The position numbers and the translations under genes were made by a program. DNA of 64,000 nt from Candidatus Saccharimonadales bacterium (lineage in GTDB: Bacteria; Patescibacteriota; Saccharimonadia; Saccharimonadales; Saccharimonadaceae): positions 793 through 64,792 of the forward strand of contig JBBRCG010000004.1 in the NCBI GenBank assembly GCA_038205065.1. The letters run 5' to 3'. Under the pieces are notes generated by a model. That model made no database searches and had not been told where the DNA came from. It saw nothing but the letters and a program-made list of their open reading frames with translations. This document shows, in pieces, positions 28,487 through 36,759 of this stretch. The number at the start of each line of letters is the position of its first letter. The stretch's first letter is position 1.

Positions 28487-29296
28487 ATGACGGCCGAAGA
28501 ACCAATTCGCCTCAACAAACACCTAGCACTCGAGCTAGGTGTTTCTCGGCGTGAAGCCGATGATCTCATCGCCTCCAGCAAAGTCCTCGTCAACGGCACT
28601 CCTGCTATCCTCGGCGCCCGTATCATGCCTAGCGATGAGATAATGGTCGGCGCCAAGCCGCTCGGCGATACGAAAGTAGAAACGCAATACATCGCGTTCC
28701 ATAAACCCGTCGGCTATGTCTGCTCACGCCGTGCGCAAGGTGACAATCCGACGATCTATTCGGTGCTTCCTGCCGAATTCTACGCCCTCAAGCCCGTCGG
28801 GCGACTCGATAAGGACAGCTCTGGCATCATTCTGCTCACTAATGACGGCGACTTCGCCCACCAGATGACGCATCCAAAATTTCACAAAACGAAAGTGTAC
28901 GAAGTTGAACTCGACCATCCACTCGCGCCACTTCATCAACAGATGATCAGCGACTACGGCCTTCAGCTCGAAGATGGTACGAGCAAGTTTCTTATCACCA
29001 AACATTCTTCTGCCGATGCCGCGCATGAGGATGAGACGGATATTGATTCATCGAAACAATCTGCAGCCCGAGCGCCCCAAAGCGCCCGGAGCGAAGCCGT
29101 TTCGGGGAAGCAAGAGCCGGATATTTCCAGGCAGGAATATTATGAAATCACGATGCAAGAGGGACGAAATCGTCAGATTCGTCGCACCTTTGCTTCACTC
29201 GGCTACACCGTCACACGTCTCCACCGCACACAATTTGGAAATTATTCGCTCGGTGATATAAAAAGCGGTGAGTATGAACTCACCAATATTCGCTAG
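28487..29296 (+). CDS. rRNA pseudouridine synthase (RsuA/RluB/E/F family) with internal insertion
   Basis: S4 domain RLNK.LA...SRREAD, HKPVGYV, VGRLDKDSSG, EGRNRQIRR. Confidence 0.92.
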   Translation: MTAEEPIRLNKHLALELGVSRREADDLIASSKVLVNGTPAILGARIMPSDEIMVGAKPLGDTKVETQYIAFHKPVGYVCSRRAQGDNPTIYSVLPAEFYALKPVGRLDKDSSGIILLTNDGDFAHQMTHPKFHKTKVYEVELDHPLAPLHQQMISDYGLQLEDGTSKFLITKHSSADAAHEDETDIDSSKQSAARAPQSARSEAVSGKQEPDISRQEYYEITMQEGRNRQIRRTFASLGYTVTRLHRTQFGNYSLGDIKSGEYELTNIR

Positions 29297-29356
29297 ATGA
29301 TATAAACCAGGAGGAAGGGCCGGAGCCCGGACGCAGTGAGCGCCCGGGCCCAAAGC

Positions 29357-29626
29357 TCACTTCGTCGGCAAGTCACGAAGATACTCGTTGATAATGACCC
29401 CGACAAACCCGTCGAGATCCTTGTAGCCGTCTCGAAGCCGGGGCAGCACCGTGACGCTGACCACCCCGGTGTCCCTGTCGCGCTCGAAGCTCACTCGAGC
29501 GTACTCAGCCTCGGACAGCTCACTGGCGAATAGGTGGCACAGTTCCAGATACTGCCCGATGGTCAGCATGGGCGATTCGACCTCGCACCATCTCAACGTC
29601 AACGTGCCAACACGAATTCCCGTCAT
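29357..29626 (-). CDS. Hypothetical protein (ORFan)
   Basis: AGGAGG SD before ATG 29626; 89 aa. Confidence 0.55.
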   Translation of the reverse strand: MTGIRVGTLTLRWCEVESPMLTIGQYLELCHLFASELSEAEYARVSFERDRDTGVVSVTVLPRLRDGYKDLDGFVGVIINEYLRDLPTK

Positions 29627-29747
29627 GCCTCTTCCTCCTGGTTGTGTTCGAGCAGGGTTGCCCGCGCGCTGATTGCTCAGTTGCCATGATTGTAACATAA
29701 TTATAAGGGCTTGTAAATTTCGATTACCCCTGTTATAATAAATCGCA

Positions 29748-31181
29748 ATGAAACTTCCAGTTGTTGCTATTATCGGACGCGCGAACGCGGGCAAAAGCTC
29801 GATTTTTAACCGTCTCGTCAAGCAACAGCAGGCGATCGTCGCCCGCGAACCCGGTACAACCCGTGACAACGTCATGGGTAAAGTCAGCTACCAACGCCGC
29901 GACGCCGGTGGCGGGGAAGGCGAATTCCTCGTTATCGACACTGCTGGACTCAAAAACCCAGAGGACGAATTCGAAGCTGGCATCCAAGACCAGATCGATG
30001 ACGCCGCCGACGCGGCCGATGTCATCCTCGTCGTCGTCGACAGTACGATGTACCCCGGTAACGAAGAGCGAATGGTCGCGAAAAAGGCCCTCAAAAGCAA
30101 GAAACCCGTCATCCTCCTCACCAACAAATGCGACCTCAAAGAGAGTCTTCCGGAGGATGAATTCCGCCGGCTCGGCATAAAGGATGTCATCCGCACCAGT
30201 GCCGAACACGGCCAAGGACTCAGTGAGCTCCTCGATCGCCTCGGAGAACTCGTCCCTGAAGCACACGACTACGTTCCTGACGACATTTTGCGTATCGCCC
30301 TCATCGGTCGACCAAATGTCGGCAAAAGCTATCTATTCAATACTCTCGCGGGCAAACAGCAGGCCCTCGTCGCTGACCTCGCCGGCACCACGCGCGACAT
30401 CAACCGCATCGACATCAAATTTAAGGACCGTGCCGTCCAGCTCATCGACACCGCCGGTGTCCGTCGCCAAGGCAAACAAGAGCGTGGCATCGAGAAGTTC
30501 TCGGTACTCCGCACCATGCGCGCCATCGAAGAAGCCGACATCTGCTTCCTCCTCATGGATGCAAATGAACTCAATGTGCAGCTCGACCAGAGACTCGCCG
30601 GTATTATCGACGAAAGTGGCAAGGGACTCGTGCTCGTCGTCAGCAAGTGGGACTCGGCCGAAAAAGACGAGTTCACCCGTGACGAGATCGCTCCGAAGAT
30701 TGCTCGCAATTTCGATTTCGTCCCTTGGGCGCCGCTTATTTTCACCAGCGCCGTCACCGGTCAAAATGTCACCAAACTCTTCGACCTCGCCCTCGATATC
30801 GACACTCGCCGCGCCCAAGAGACCAGCACGCGTGCCCTCAATGACGCCCTGAGCCGTGCCGTTCAAGCGCATCCACCAGCAGGGCTAAAGAACTCCCATC
30901 CGAAACTTCGCTATATGGTTCAGACCGATACGACACCGCCATGGTTCGTCATCTACGGGAGCAATCTCAAATTCCTCCACTGGAGCTACAAACGCTACCT
31001 CGAGCACCAAATTCGCGAACTATACGATTACACCGGTACGCCGATTGAGTTTAGTTTCCGAGACGAAAAACAGATCAAAGCCAACAAAGAGCGCGTCGCG
31101 CAAGGCCTCGAGCCAGTAACCAAAGCTTACAAGAAACGCAAAGAAGCCGAAAGAATCGACGCACTAAAAAATCCCCACTAG
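29748..31181 (+). CDS. der: Ribosome biogenesis GTPase Der (EngA)
   Basis: Two G domains: GRANAGKSS/DTAG/NKCD and GRPNVGKS/DTAG/SKWD. Confidence 0.97.
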   Translation: MKLPVVAIIGRANAGKSSIFNRLVKQQQAIVAREPGTTRDNVMGKVSYQRRDAGGGEGEFLVIDTAGLKNPEDEFEAGIQDQIDDAADAADVILVVVDSTMYPGNEERMVAKKALKSKKPVILLTNKCDLKESLPEDEFRRLGIKDVIRTSAEHGQGLSELLDRLGELVPEAHDYVPDDILRIALIGRPNVGKSYLFNTLAGKQQALVADLAGTTRDINRIDIKFKDRAVQLIDTAGVRRQGKQERGIEKFSVLRTMRAIEEADICFLLMDANELNVQLDQRLAGIIDESGKGLVLVVSKWDSAEKDEFTRDEIAPKIARNFDFVPWAPLIFTSAVTGQNVTKLFDLALDIDTRRAQETSTRALNDALSRAVQAHPPAGLKNSHPKLRYMVQTDTTPPWFVIYGSNLKFLHWSYKRYLEHQIRELYDYTGTPIEFSFRDEKQIKANKERVAQGLEPVTKAYKKRKEAERIDALKNPH

Positions 31182-31191
31182 GGGATTTTTT
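31166..31191. terminator. Bidirectional intrinsic terminator
   Basis: AAAAAATCCCC-ACTA-GGGGATTTTTT. Confidence 0.8.
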
Positions 31192-31255
31192 GATTTTTCT
31201 GGTTAGTGTCTCGCCACCGTTCGCGGGTGCGACGGGTGGCGAGACGAGGCAAAGT

Positions 31256-31450
31256 TCAGAGCACGCGGCGACCGCTGCTCGGCCCCTTGGACCAGCGCGA
31301 ATCGTTCGCATCCGCTCTTATGATGGGACCGCCGCCAGGGCCAACTTCACCGGGCGGTACTGTTCCGGGATGACGAAATTCCGGCTGCGTGCCGGCTGAA
31401 ACTGAGGAGGCTTCGGTGCCCCTGTCGTCCGGACGGAATTCAAATGTCAT
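31256..31450 (-). CDS. Small Gly/Pro-rich hypothetical peptide (64 aa)
   Basis: TTCACG-17-CATAAT promoter, GAGGA SD, 11-bp hairpin 31208-31245 downstream. Confidence 0.4.
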   Translation of the reverse strand: MTFEFRPDDRGTEASSVSAGTQPEFRHPGTVPPGEVGPGGGPIIRADANDSRWSKGPSSGRRVL

Positions 31451-31581
31451 ATCGGTTCCTCTCGTTCATTGCCCGCCACGGTGCGGGTAACTACCGCCAT
31501 TATGCCACGAAAATCCGAACGTGAAAAGACAAAACCCTCTCAATCCCGAAGGAAGAAGAGGGTTAGTCGTTGTTTGTGAGG

Positions 31582-31968
31582 TCAGGGCAGCATACTGTTC
31601 TGCCAGGCCTCGCGGGCCTTCTGCAGATGGGGCCGGTCGGGGACCATCGCCCATTTGGCGGCTTCTTCCACGATCCATATCCGCTTGCGCCAGATCACTA
31701 TTACGAGAGCGCCTACCCCGATGGTGAGAGCTACGAGCAACAGATGCGCCTGCAGCCAGGCGACCAATCTTATGCCGTAACCGACCAGCACCAGCGTACT
31801 CACCGGTAGGGCGAGCCAGGACAGACTCCCGCGACCTTTAGTCGGCGGGTAGTGAGGCTCGAACCTCAGACGGGTATTAACCCATTTGAAGAGCGAGAAA
31901 TGACTCTTTGACCGTACGAACACTATCACCGCAAGGAACGGCACCAAAACCATACCGATAGTTTCCAT
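31582..31968 (-). CDS. Hypothetical membrane protein (ORFan)
   Basis: GAAGGA SD; three hydrophobic segments; hairpin downstream at ~31526-31567. Confidence 0.55.
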   Translation of the reverse strand: METIGMVLVPFLAVIVFVRSKSHFSLFKWVNTRLRFEPHYPPTKGRGSLSWLALPVSTLVLVGYGIRLVAWLQAHLLLVALTIGVGALVIVIWRKRIWIVEEAAKWAMVPDRPHLQKAREAWQNSMLP

Positions 31969-32100
31969 CAGCCCGTCCTTCCGGGGTCGTGGGTTAGTAA
32001 GGAACAACAACTCATTTGTTATAACACAATATCTCAGAAATTAAAAACACCCGGTTGCGTGCGATGAGAAGGCGGACCTCCTCATCGCACGCAACCGAGC

Positions 32101-32325
32101 TTACTCCAAAGAGGTTTGGGTCTCGGGCTCCTTCGAGCCCAGCTCTTCCTCGTACTGACGCGGGTCGGGCGCTGCGGCCCAGGGAACGACCGGCCAGACC
32201 ATGAACGCGAGGCCAGCCAGAGCTAGAATCAGCATCCATGTTCCGTCGTGGGTGGCAAAGCCAATCGCGGCCGCCACCATGAGCAAAGCGAGCCCGACAG
32301 GCATTCGCCAATACCTCTTATTCAT
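32101..32325 (-). CDS. Small two-TM hypothetical protein (ORFan)
   Basis: AAGGAAAGGA SD; two hydrophobic helices and an acidic tail. Confidence 0.55.
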   Translation of the reverse strand: MNKRYWRMPVGLALLMVAAAIGFATHDGTWMLILALAGLAFMVWPVVPWAAAPDPRQYEEELGSKEPETQTSLE

Positions 32326-32412
32326 GTTCCCATCCTTTCCTTGGGGGCCTGGAACATCCTCGGCATTATAGCACATTTATCACATTTTTACAATGTACGC
32401 TATACTACACAC

Positions 32413-32967
32413 ATGAAGCTTGTCGTTGCGCTGGGAAATCCAGGACCAGAGTACAAGACCACCCGCCACAATGTCGGATGGCTGCTTGTCGACCGATTTG
32501 CAACTGAGCATAATCTGAAGTTTGCCGCTAAGTCGAAGTTCCATGGTGAGATTGCCGAGCTAAGTGAGGCGGGGGAGAAGGTCATTTTTCTGAAACCGAC
32601 AACGTTCTACAATCTCGCCGGTGAGTCCGCGCGCGCCGTTAGTGATTTTTATAAGATCGAGCCGACCGATATCTTGATCGTCCACGATGACCTTGCGCTC
32701 CCGCTCGGCACACTACGCACCCGAATCGGCGGTAGCGACGCTGGAAATAACGGTATCAAATCTATCACTCAGCATCTCGGCGAGGGAACGGCTCGACTTC
32801 GCGTCGGCACTTGGACCGAACACCGCGAAACGATCGACGATGCTGATTTCGTCCTCTCGGCGCTGAATACCGACGAACACGAAGCAATCCTCAGCGTCTC
32901 GTCAAAAGCCAATGAAATTATCAATTCATTTATTGCGGGTACGTTCGAGACGACGACGCATCGATAA
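32413..32967 (+). CDS. pth: Peptidyl-tRNA hydrolase
   Basis: LGNPG.EY..TRHNVG, KPTTFYNLAGE, IVHDDL, GNNGIKSI. Confidence 0.96.
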   Translation: MKLVVALGNPGPEYKTTRHNVGWLLVDRFATEHNLKFAAKSKFHGEIAELSEAGEKVIFLKPTTFYNLAGESARAVSDFYKIEPTDILIVHDDLALPLGTLRTRIGGSDAGNNGIKSITQHLGEGTARLRVGTWTEHRETIDDADFVLSALNTDEHEAILSVSSKANEIINSFIAGTFETTTHR

Positions 32968-32974
32968 TGCCTTT

Positions 32975-33421
32975 GTTCTCTTTGCTAAAGAACCAGACGC
33001 CCTCCTTTTAATGTAAAAGGAGGCGAAAACATTGGGGATGGCTTCACCTCTCTGGGTCTCTCCTCCGAAAACATCTTGCGTATCTGCGCGCGGAGCAAAG
33101 CTCGTGCTCGATAGGCAGGATTTTTCATCGTCAATTCTCGGGTGGTTGCAGATATCCCCAAACCCCAGATTATATTTAGCGGCCTCGGCCGCTCATAATA
33201 GCGACTCCGTCGCACAGCTCAAGTGGGGTCCGGGGTATCTGCAGACCCCGAAGGAGTAGAGGTTCAGGCATCCTGGTATTCCGAGCACGAGCTTTGCTCC
33301 GCGCGCAGGAAGCCAAGATGAATGAAGCGACAGTCCCTCGAGGGGCGAAGCCACCCCGGCGGTTTCGCTCACTTTGCCGTCCAAAGTGAGAATCTTTGCT
33401 TCTTTTGATTTGAAAAGAAGG
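32975..33421. mobile_element. Palindrome-rich non-coding element (MITE/PATE-like or structured RNA)
   Basis: Perfect 27-bp inverted repeat 33084-33110/33282-33308 inside a ~340-nt hairpin; both ends recur at 42789-42869. Confidence 0.55.
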
Positions 33422-33426
33422 GCGGC

Positions 33427-34173
33427 TTAAACTCCCAATAACCTCAACAAAATCCCGACAAACACAATTCCGCCCACCAGCACCGCCGCCTGCAAGGTAG
33501 CGACTTTTCGTGGCTGCTCATGAATGCTCGGAATGATATCGCTTGCCGCAATATAGATGAAAAATCCACTCGTGAGCGCCAGCAACTCCGCCTGGGGAAG
33601 GTGAAGCGTATCTTGACTCAGGTAGATAATCGCGGCGGCGAGGACAGTTCCGAGTGCCGTGAGGGCATTTGCAACGATGACTTTTCGGCTGCGCCATCCA
33701 CGAGAGAGAAGCATGCCAAACGTCCCGATCTCTTTAGGGATCTCGTGGGCACTCACCGCAAGCACTGTCACGAAGCCAGACACGGGATTGACGAGGAAGG
33801 CCGCGCCAATCGCCACGCCATCGATAAAGTTATGGATGAGATCACCGGTCATGATGAGGCGATTTTGATGCTCATCTCTCGCCGCGTGCTCATGCTCGTG
33901 ATGGTGATGGAACCAACTCGCCGTCCGTTCCAGAACGAAAAAGAGCGTAAATCCCGCCAGTGTCCATCCTAGAACGGAATGCGTATCGCCGATAGATATC
34001 GCCCCTGGAAGGAGATCGAGGAATGCCGCCGCAAGTAGCGCGCCGGCTCCGAAGGGGAGTGCGAGCATAATGGCTCGCTCACGATGTCGCCCGTCGCGGA
34101 ATAGCGTCATCCCGCCGAAAAGCGAGACCGCGCTACCGATGAGAATCGCCAGAATCATCAAGAAAAATGTCAT
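33427..34173 (-). CDS. ZIP family metal transporter
   Basis: FGAGALLAAAFLDLLP, HHHHEHEH loop, GDLIHNFIDG, AHEIPKEIG. Confidence 0.93.
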   Translation of the reverse strand: MTFFLMILAILIGSAVSLFGGMTLFRDGRHRERAIMLALPFGAGALLAAAFLDLLPGAISIGDTHSVLGWTLAGFTLFFVLERTASWFHHHHEHEHAARDEHQNRLIMTGDLIHNFIDGVAIGAAFLVNPVSGFVTVLAVSAHEIPKEIGTFGMLLSRGWRSRKVIVANALTALGTVLAAAIIYLSQDTLHLPQAELLALTSGFFIYIAASDIIPSIHEQPRKVATLQAAVLVGGIVFVGILLRLLGV

Positions 34174-34299
34174 CGATTTATTGTAGCATGGGAGATCCAT
34201 TTACTTTTTTTACACAATATGCCATAGTTAGCACATATTCCGGAGCAACGCCTACCCGCTAAGCTCCGGGATCGGAGCTTAGCAGAATCGAGAAAAACT

Positions 34300-34758
34300 A
34301 TGTCAGACTCATTTGACGGAATCGGCTCCACTGGATTCACGTCACGCCTGCTCACCGATGAGTACGACGACCCTGCGGTCAGCAACCTCTACAAATGGGT
34401 GGGCATGGTGCTGGCGATGCGAGATCGCCACAACATCCTACGCTACACGTTTGTCGAGAGTCGCATCGACGGCAAACTCGCGTGGACCCACGGGATCCCC
34501 GTGGCGCGAACTCGCAAGTACGACTCGTTCAGGTATCCTGCCGAGATCCGTCCTTCCTGTCTGATCAGCCGCAACAAGGACGGCACACTAGCCATCTATT
34601 GGTACGCCAAAGGCAACCGCCTTGTGCCAATAAACCTGGGCGATGCCTCAGAGATCGACGATGTCACGAAGCGCATGCGCCACGTGTACTTCTGGATCAT
34701 GCTTCTCGGTTGGTTCCCGCCACTCTGCAGGTGGTTCATCGCCTTTGCAGACGACTGA
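34300..34758 (+). CDS. Hypothetical protein (ORFan)
   Basis: 152 aa; structured leader 34240-34283. Confidence 0.6.
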   Translation: MSDSFDGIGSTGFTSRLLTDEYDDPAVSNLYKWVGMVLAMRDRHNILRYTFVESRIDGKLAWTHGIPVARTRKYDSFRYPAEIRPSCLISRNKDGTLAIYWYAKGNRLVPINLGDASEIDDVTKRMRHVYFWIMLLGWFPPLCRWFIAFADD

Positions 34759-34950
34759 GCCTCCAAGCTCCACCACCTCGGTCGCGCGCACTCCGCGCGG
34801 CCGAGGTAGGAACCGAATATTTTTATTACTCAGGCATATTGCTTGAGTTTTTTGTTTATTCAAAATGATGGTATACTCACGCCATCTAGATAGGAATATC
34901 CGCCATGGGTTCTCCTGTCCGGAGAACCTCGACAGGAAAGGTCGTGCGTA

Positions 34951-35388
34951 GTGGCCACAACCGAAGAACACGGAACAAGAGTACTGCTAGCCCGGAATGC
35001 GATTCGCGACATGCTGAGCGACCTCACCGAGCTTGGCAAGCAGGGTATGGTACGAGAGCAGATGCTCGAACTTCCCTCCTACAGGCTCACGCTCAAGCTC
35101 CAGCAAAACGGCACCGTGTACGTCATGCGCCGCGATGGCACGGTCGGTCAAAGGCTCAGTCCCATGGGCTACAAGGGCCTGGACCAGCTGCTCGCCATCA
35201 AAGGAGTCCTCGCTGAGCCAGTCAAAAAAGCGACGTTCTTTGCGAACGTCAAGCTCTCCTGCGACAGGCAGCCGCGCGCACCAGTCACGCTTGAGCTCAA
35301 GATCAACGGCATGCCGTCGCTAAAAAATCTCGAGCAACTGTACGACACCTGGCCTACCGTCACGGTGCAGGCAGACAGGTACTGCTAG
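34951..35388 (+). CDS. Hypothetical protein (ORFan)
   Basis: GGAAAGG SD, GTG start, terminator GGCCCGCCGG-TCTCA-CCGGCGGGCC. Confidence 0.6.
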   Translation: MATTEEHGTRVLLARNAIRDMLSDLTELGKQGMVREQMLELPSYRLTLKLQQNGTVYVMRRDGTVGQRLSPMGYKGLDQLLAIKGVLAEPVKKATFFANVKLSCDRQPRAPVTLELKINGMPSLKNLEQLYDTWPTVTVQADRYC

Positions 35389-35441
35389 CTCCTGTCGAGC
35401 TCGGCCCGCCGGTCTCACCGGCGGGCCGAAAGCTCAAGAGA

Positions 35442-36419
35442 TTATCCTGTCCCGCTCGGCGGGACTTTTACATTCCATTTCGGAGGCAGGAACACCGTAT
35501 CTGGTGCCAAAGCCGGTTTGAAATGCGTCTTGATACGGGTACGATTCGACGCTAGTTCCGGTACGCGAACGCGGCAATATTTGTCTGTCTCGCAAAAGAG
35601 ATTTTGCGCGTCAATCGCCTGAATTCTACGTCCCCAGAGGCCACCAAATTCGAGCCCCAACCTCTTGAATTCCACGTCTTGCCGCCCAACCATCCAGAGC
35701 ACTACTTCCGCGGGCGTATAGTCACCTAAGTCAGCGAATAATTTATTTATACCTCGAATCGCTCCTGGTCCCGGCACGGTGAAATCATTTTCTGAAAAAT
35801 TGATCAGGTCACTATAATTCACATCAATTGCCGTCTGGTAGGCCATGAAATTTCCATAGAGCGGAAAGCTTCGATATATCCAATACACCGCCTCGAGTGA
35901 GGGAGCCGCGAGAATCTCCGCTGCCGCGTCGTGGGTCAGGAACATATCGGTAAATAACTCCACATGGTTGAGGTGTTTCAGCCCGCGCCCATAGGCATTG
36001 GTCGCACAGAGGATAAATGCACCCGTATAGAGGGTCTGGCCGTCATGTTTCATCTCCGTCAGTGCTCGCTCGAAACTTCCATCGGCGAGATTCTGAAGCG
36101 TCGGCGCATGACCGAGGCGACGACGAAGCTCCTCCCACGTTTCGATACGGCTAAAGGTACGAAACGCCGTGATCTGAAAAATCGCATCGGCTGGCGTGCG
36201 TTCTTCGTGGCCGTAGCAGACCTCGCGCACCATATATTGGCTGACGCGATCGAGGATGCGAAAGACATTGCAAAACTTATACTCCTGCAAGATCGGGTCA
36301 TCCGACCACGGGCCACTTTCACCCGCGTATCGCTTGAGAAACACTCCGTGGCGCTTCGCCGCGAACTCCCAATAGAGATCATAGACTCCCTCGCGCGGCA
36401 CCGGTTCACGTTTGTTCAT
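35442..36419 (-). CDS. 5-hmdU DNA kinase helical domain / aGPT-pyrophosphorylase clade 1-like (DNA base hypermodification family)
   Basis: GPWSDDPILQEYKFCNVFRILDRVSQY, G.FMAYQ..ID, GPGAIRGI and DAQNLFCETDKY motifs. Confidence 0.75.
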   Translation of the reverse strand: MNKREPVPREGVYDLYWEFAAKRHGVFLKRYAGESGPWSDDPILQEYKFCNVFRILDRVSQYMVREVCYGHEERTPADAIFQITAFRTFSRIETWEELRRRLGHAPTLQNLADGSFERALTEMKHDGQTLYTGAFILCATNAYGRGLKHLNHVELFTDMFLTHDAAAEILAAPSLEAVYWIYRSFPLYGNFMAYQTAIDVNYSDLINFSENDFTVPGPGAIRGINKLFADLGDYTPAEVVLWMVGRQDVEFKRLGLEFGGLWGRRIQAIDAQNLFCETDKYCRVRVPELASNRTRIKTHFKPALAPDTVFLPPKWNVKVPPSGTG

Positions 36420-36459
36420 TTTTTCATCATATCACTAGAGCAAATAAATTTTCCCAACG

Positions 36460-36703
36460 AAAAAGCGCCAGGTAAGGGTGGGCATCACCTGACGCTATTT
36501 CGCCCTTCGTCCCACCCATCAGGGTAAACGTGATCCACCTCACAAATACGAGTGATCCGCTGGACAAAGGGGTTAGTATACGTGTGATACTTTCTAGCGA
36601 TATCGCAGTGGAGGGTAGATTACTACGATATATATCACACGCACCCTAACATAAGTTAGAATAGGGGGTATAAGGTGCTTGATCACCTTTCGGCGAATCA
36701 ATC
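36460..36703 (-). ncRNA. Candidate ~240-nt structured RNA divergent from dprA
   Basis: TTGACT-17-TAATAT promoter, GAAA-tetraloop hairpin, long stem with G-U pairs, terminator GCGTCAGGT...ACCTGGCGC-TTTTT; no ORF with a start codon longer than a few residues. Confidence 0.45.
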
Positions 36704-36759
36704 TTTTTCATATTAGCACGTACTTGACATAAAGTCAATACTTATTCGCACAAAATTGC

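Noticed and set aside
32975-33421. RNase P RNA, tmRNA or SRP RNA
   Set aside because: Lacks GAGGAAAGTCC/P4 signatures, a tRNA-like 3' end and the SRP GGAA/AGCAG motif on either strand
36742-36750. ComX/cin box at dprA
   Set aside because: TGCGAATA has one mismatch to TACGAATA and lies on the wrong strand for dprA
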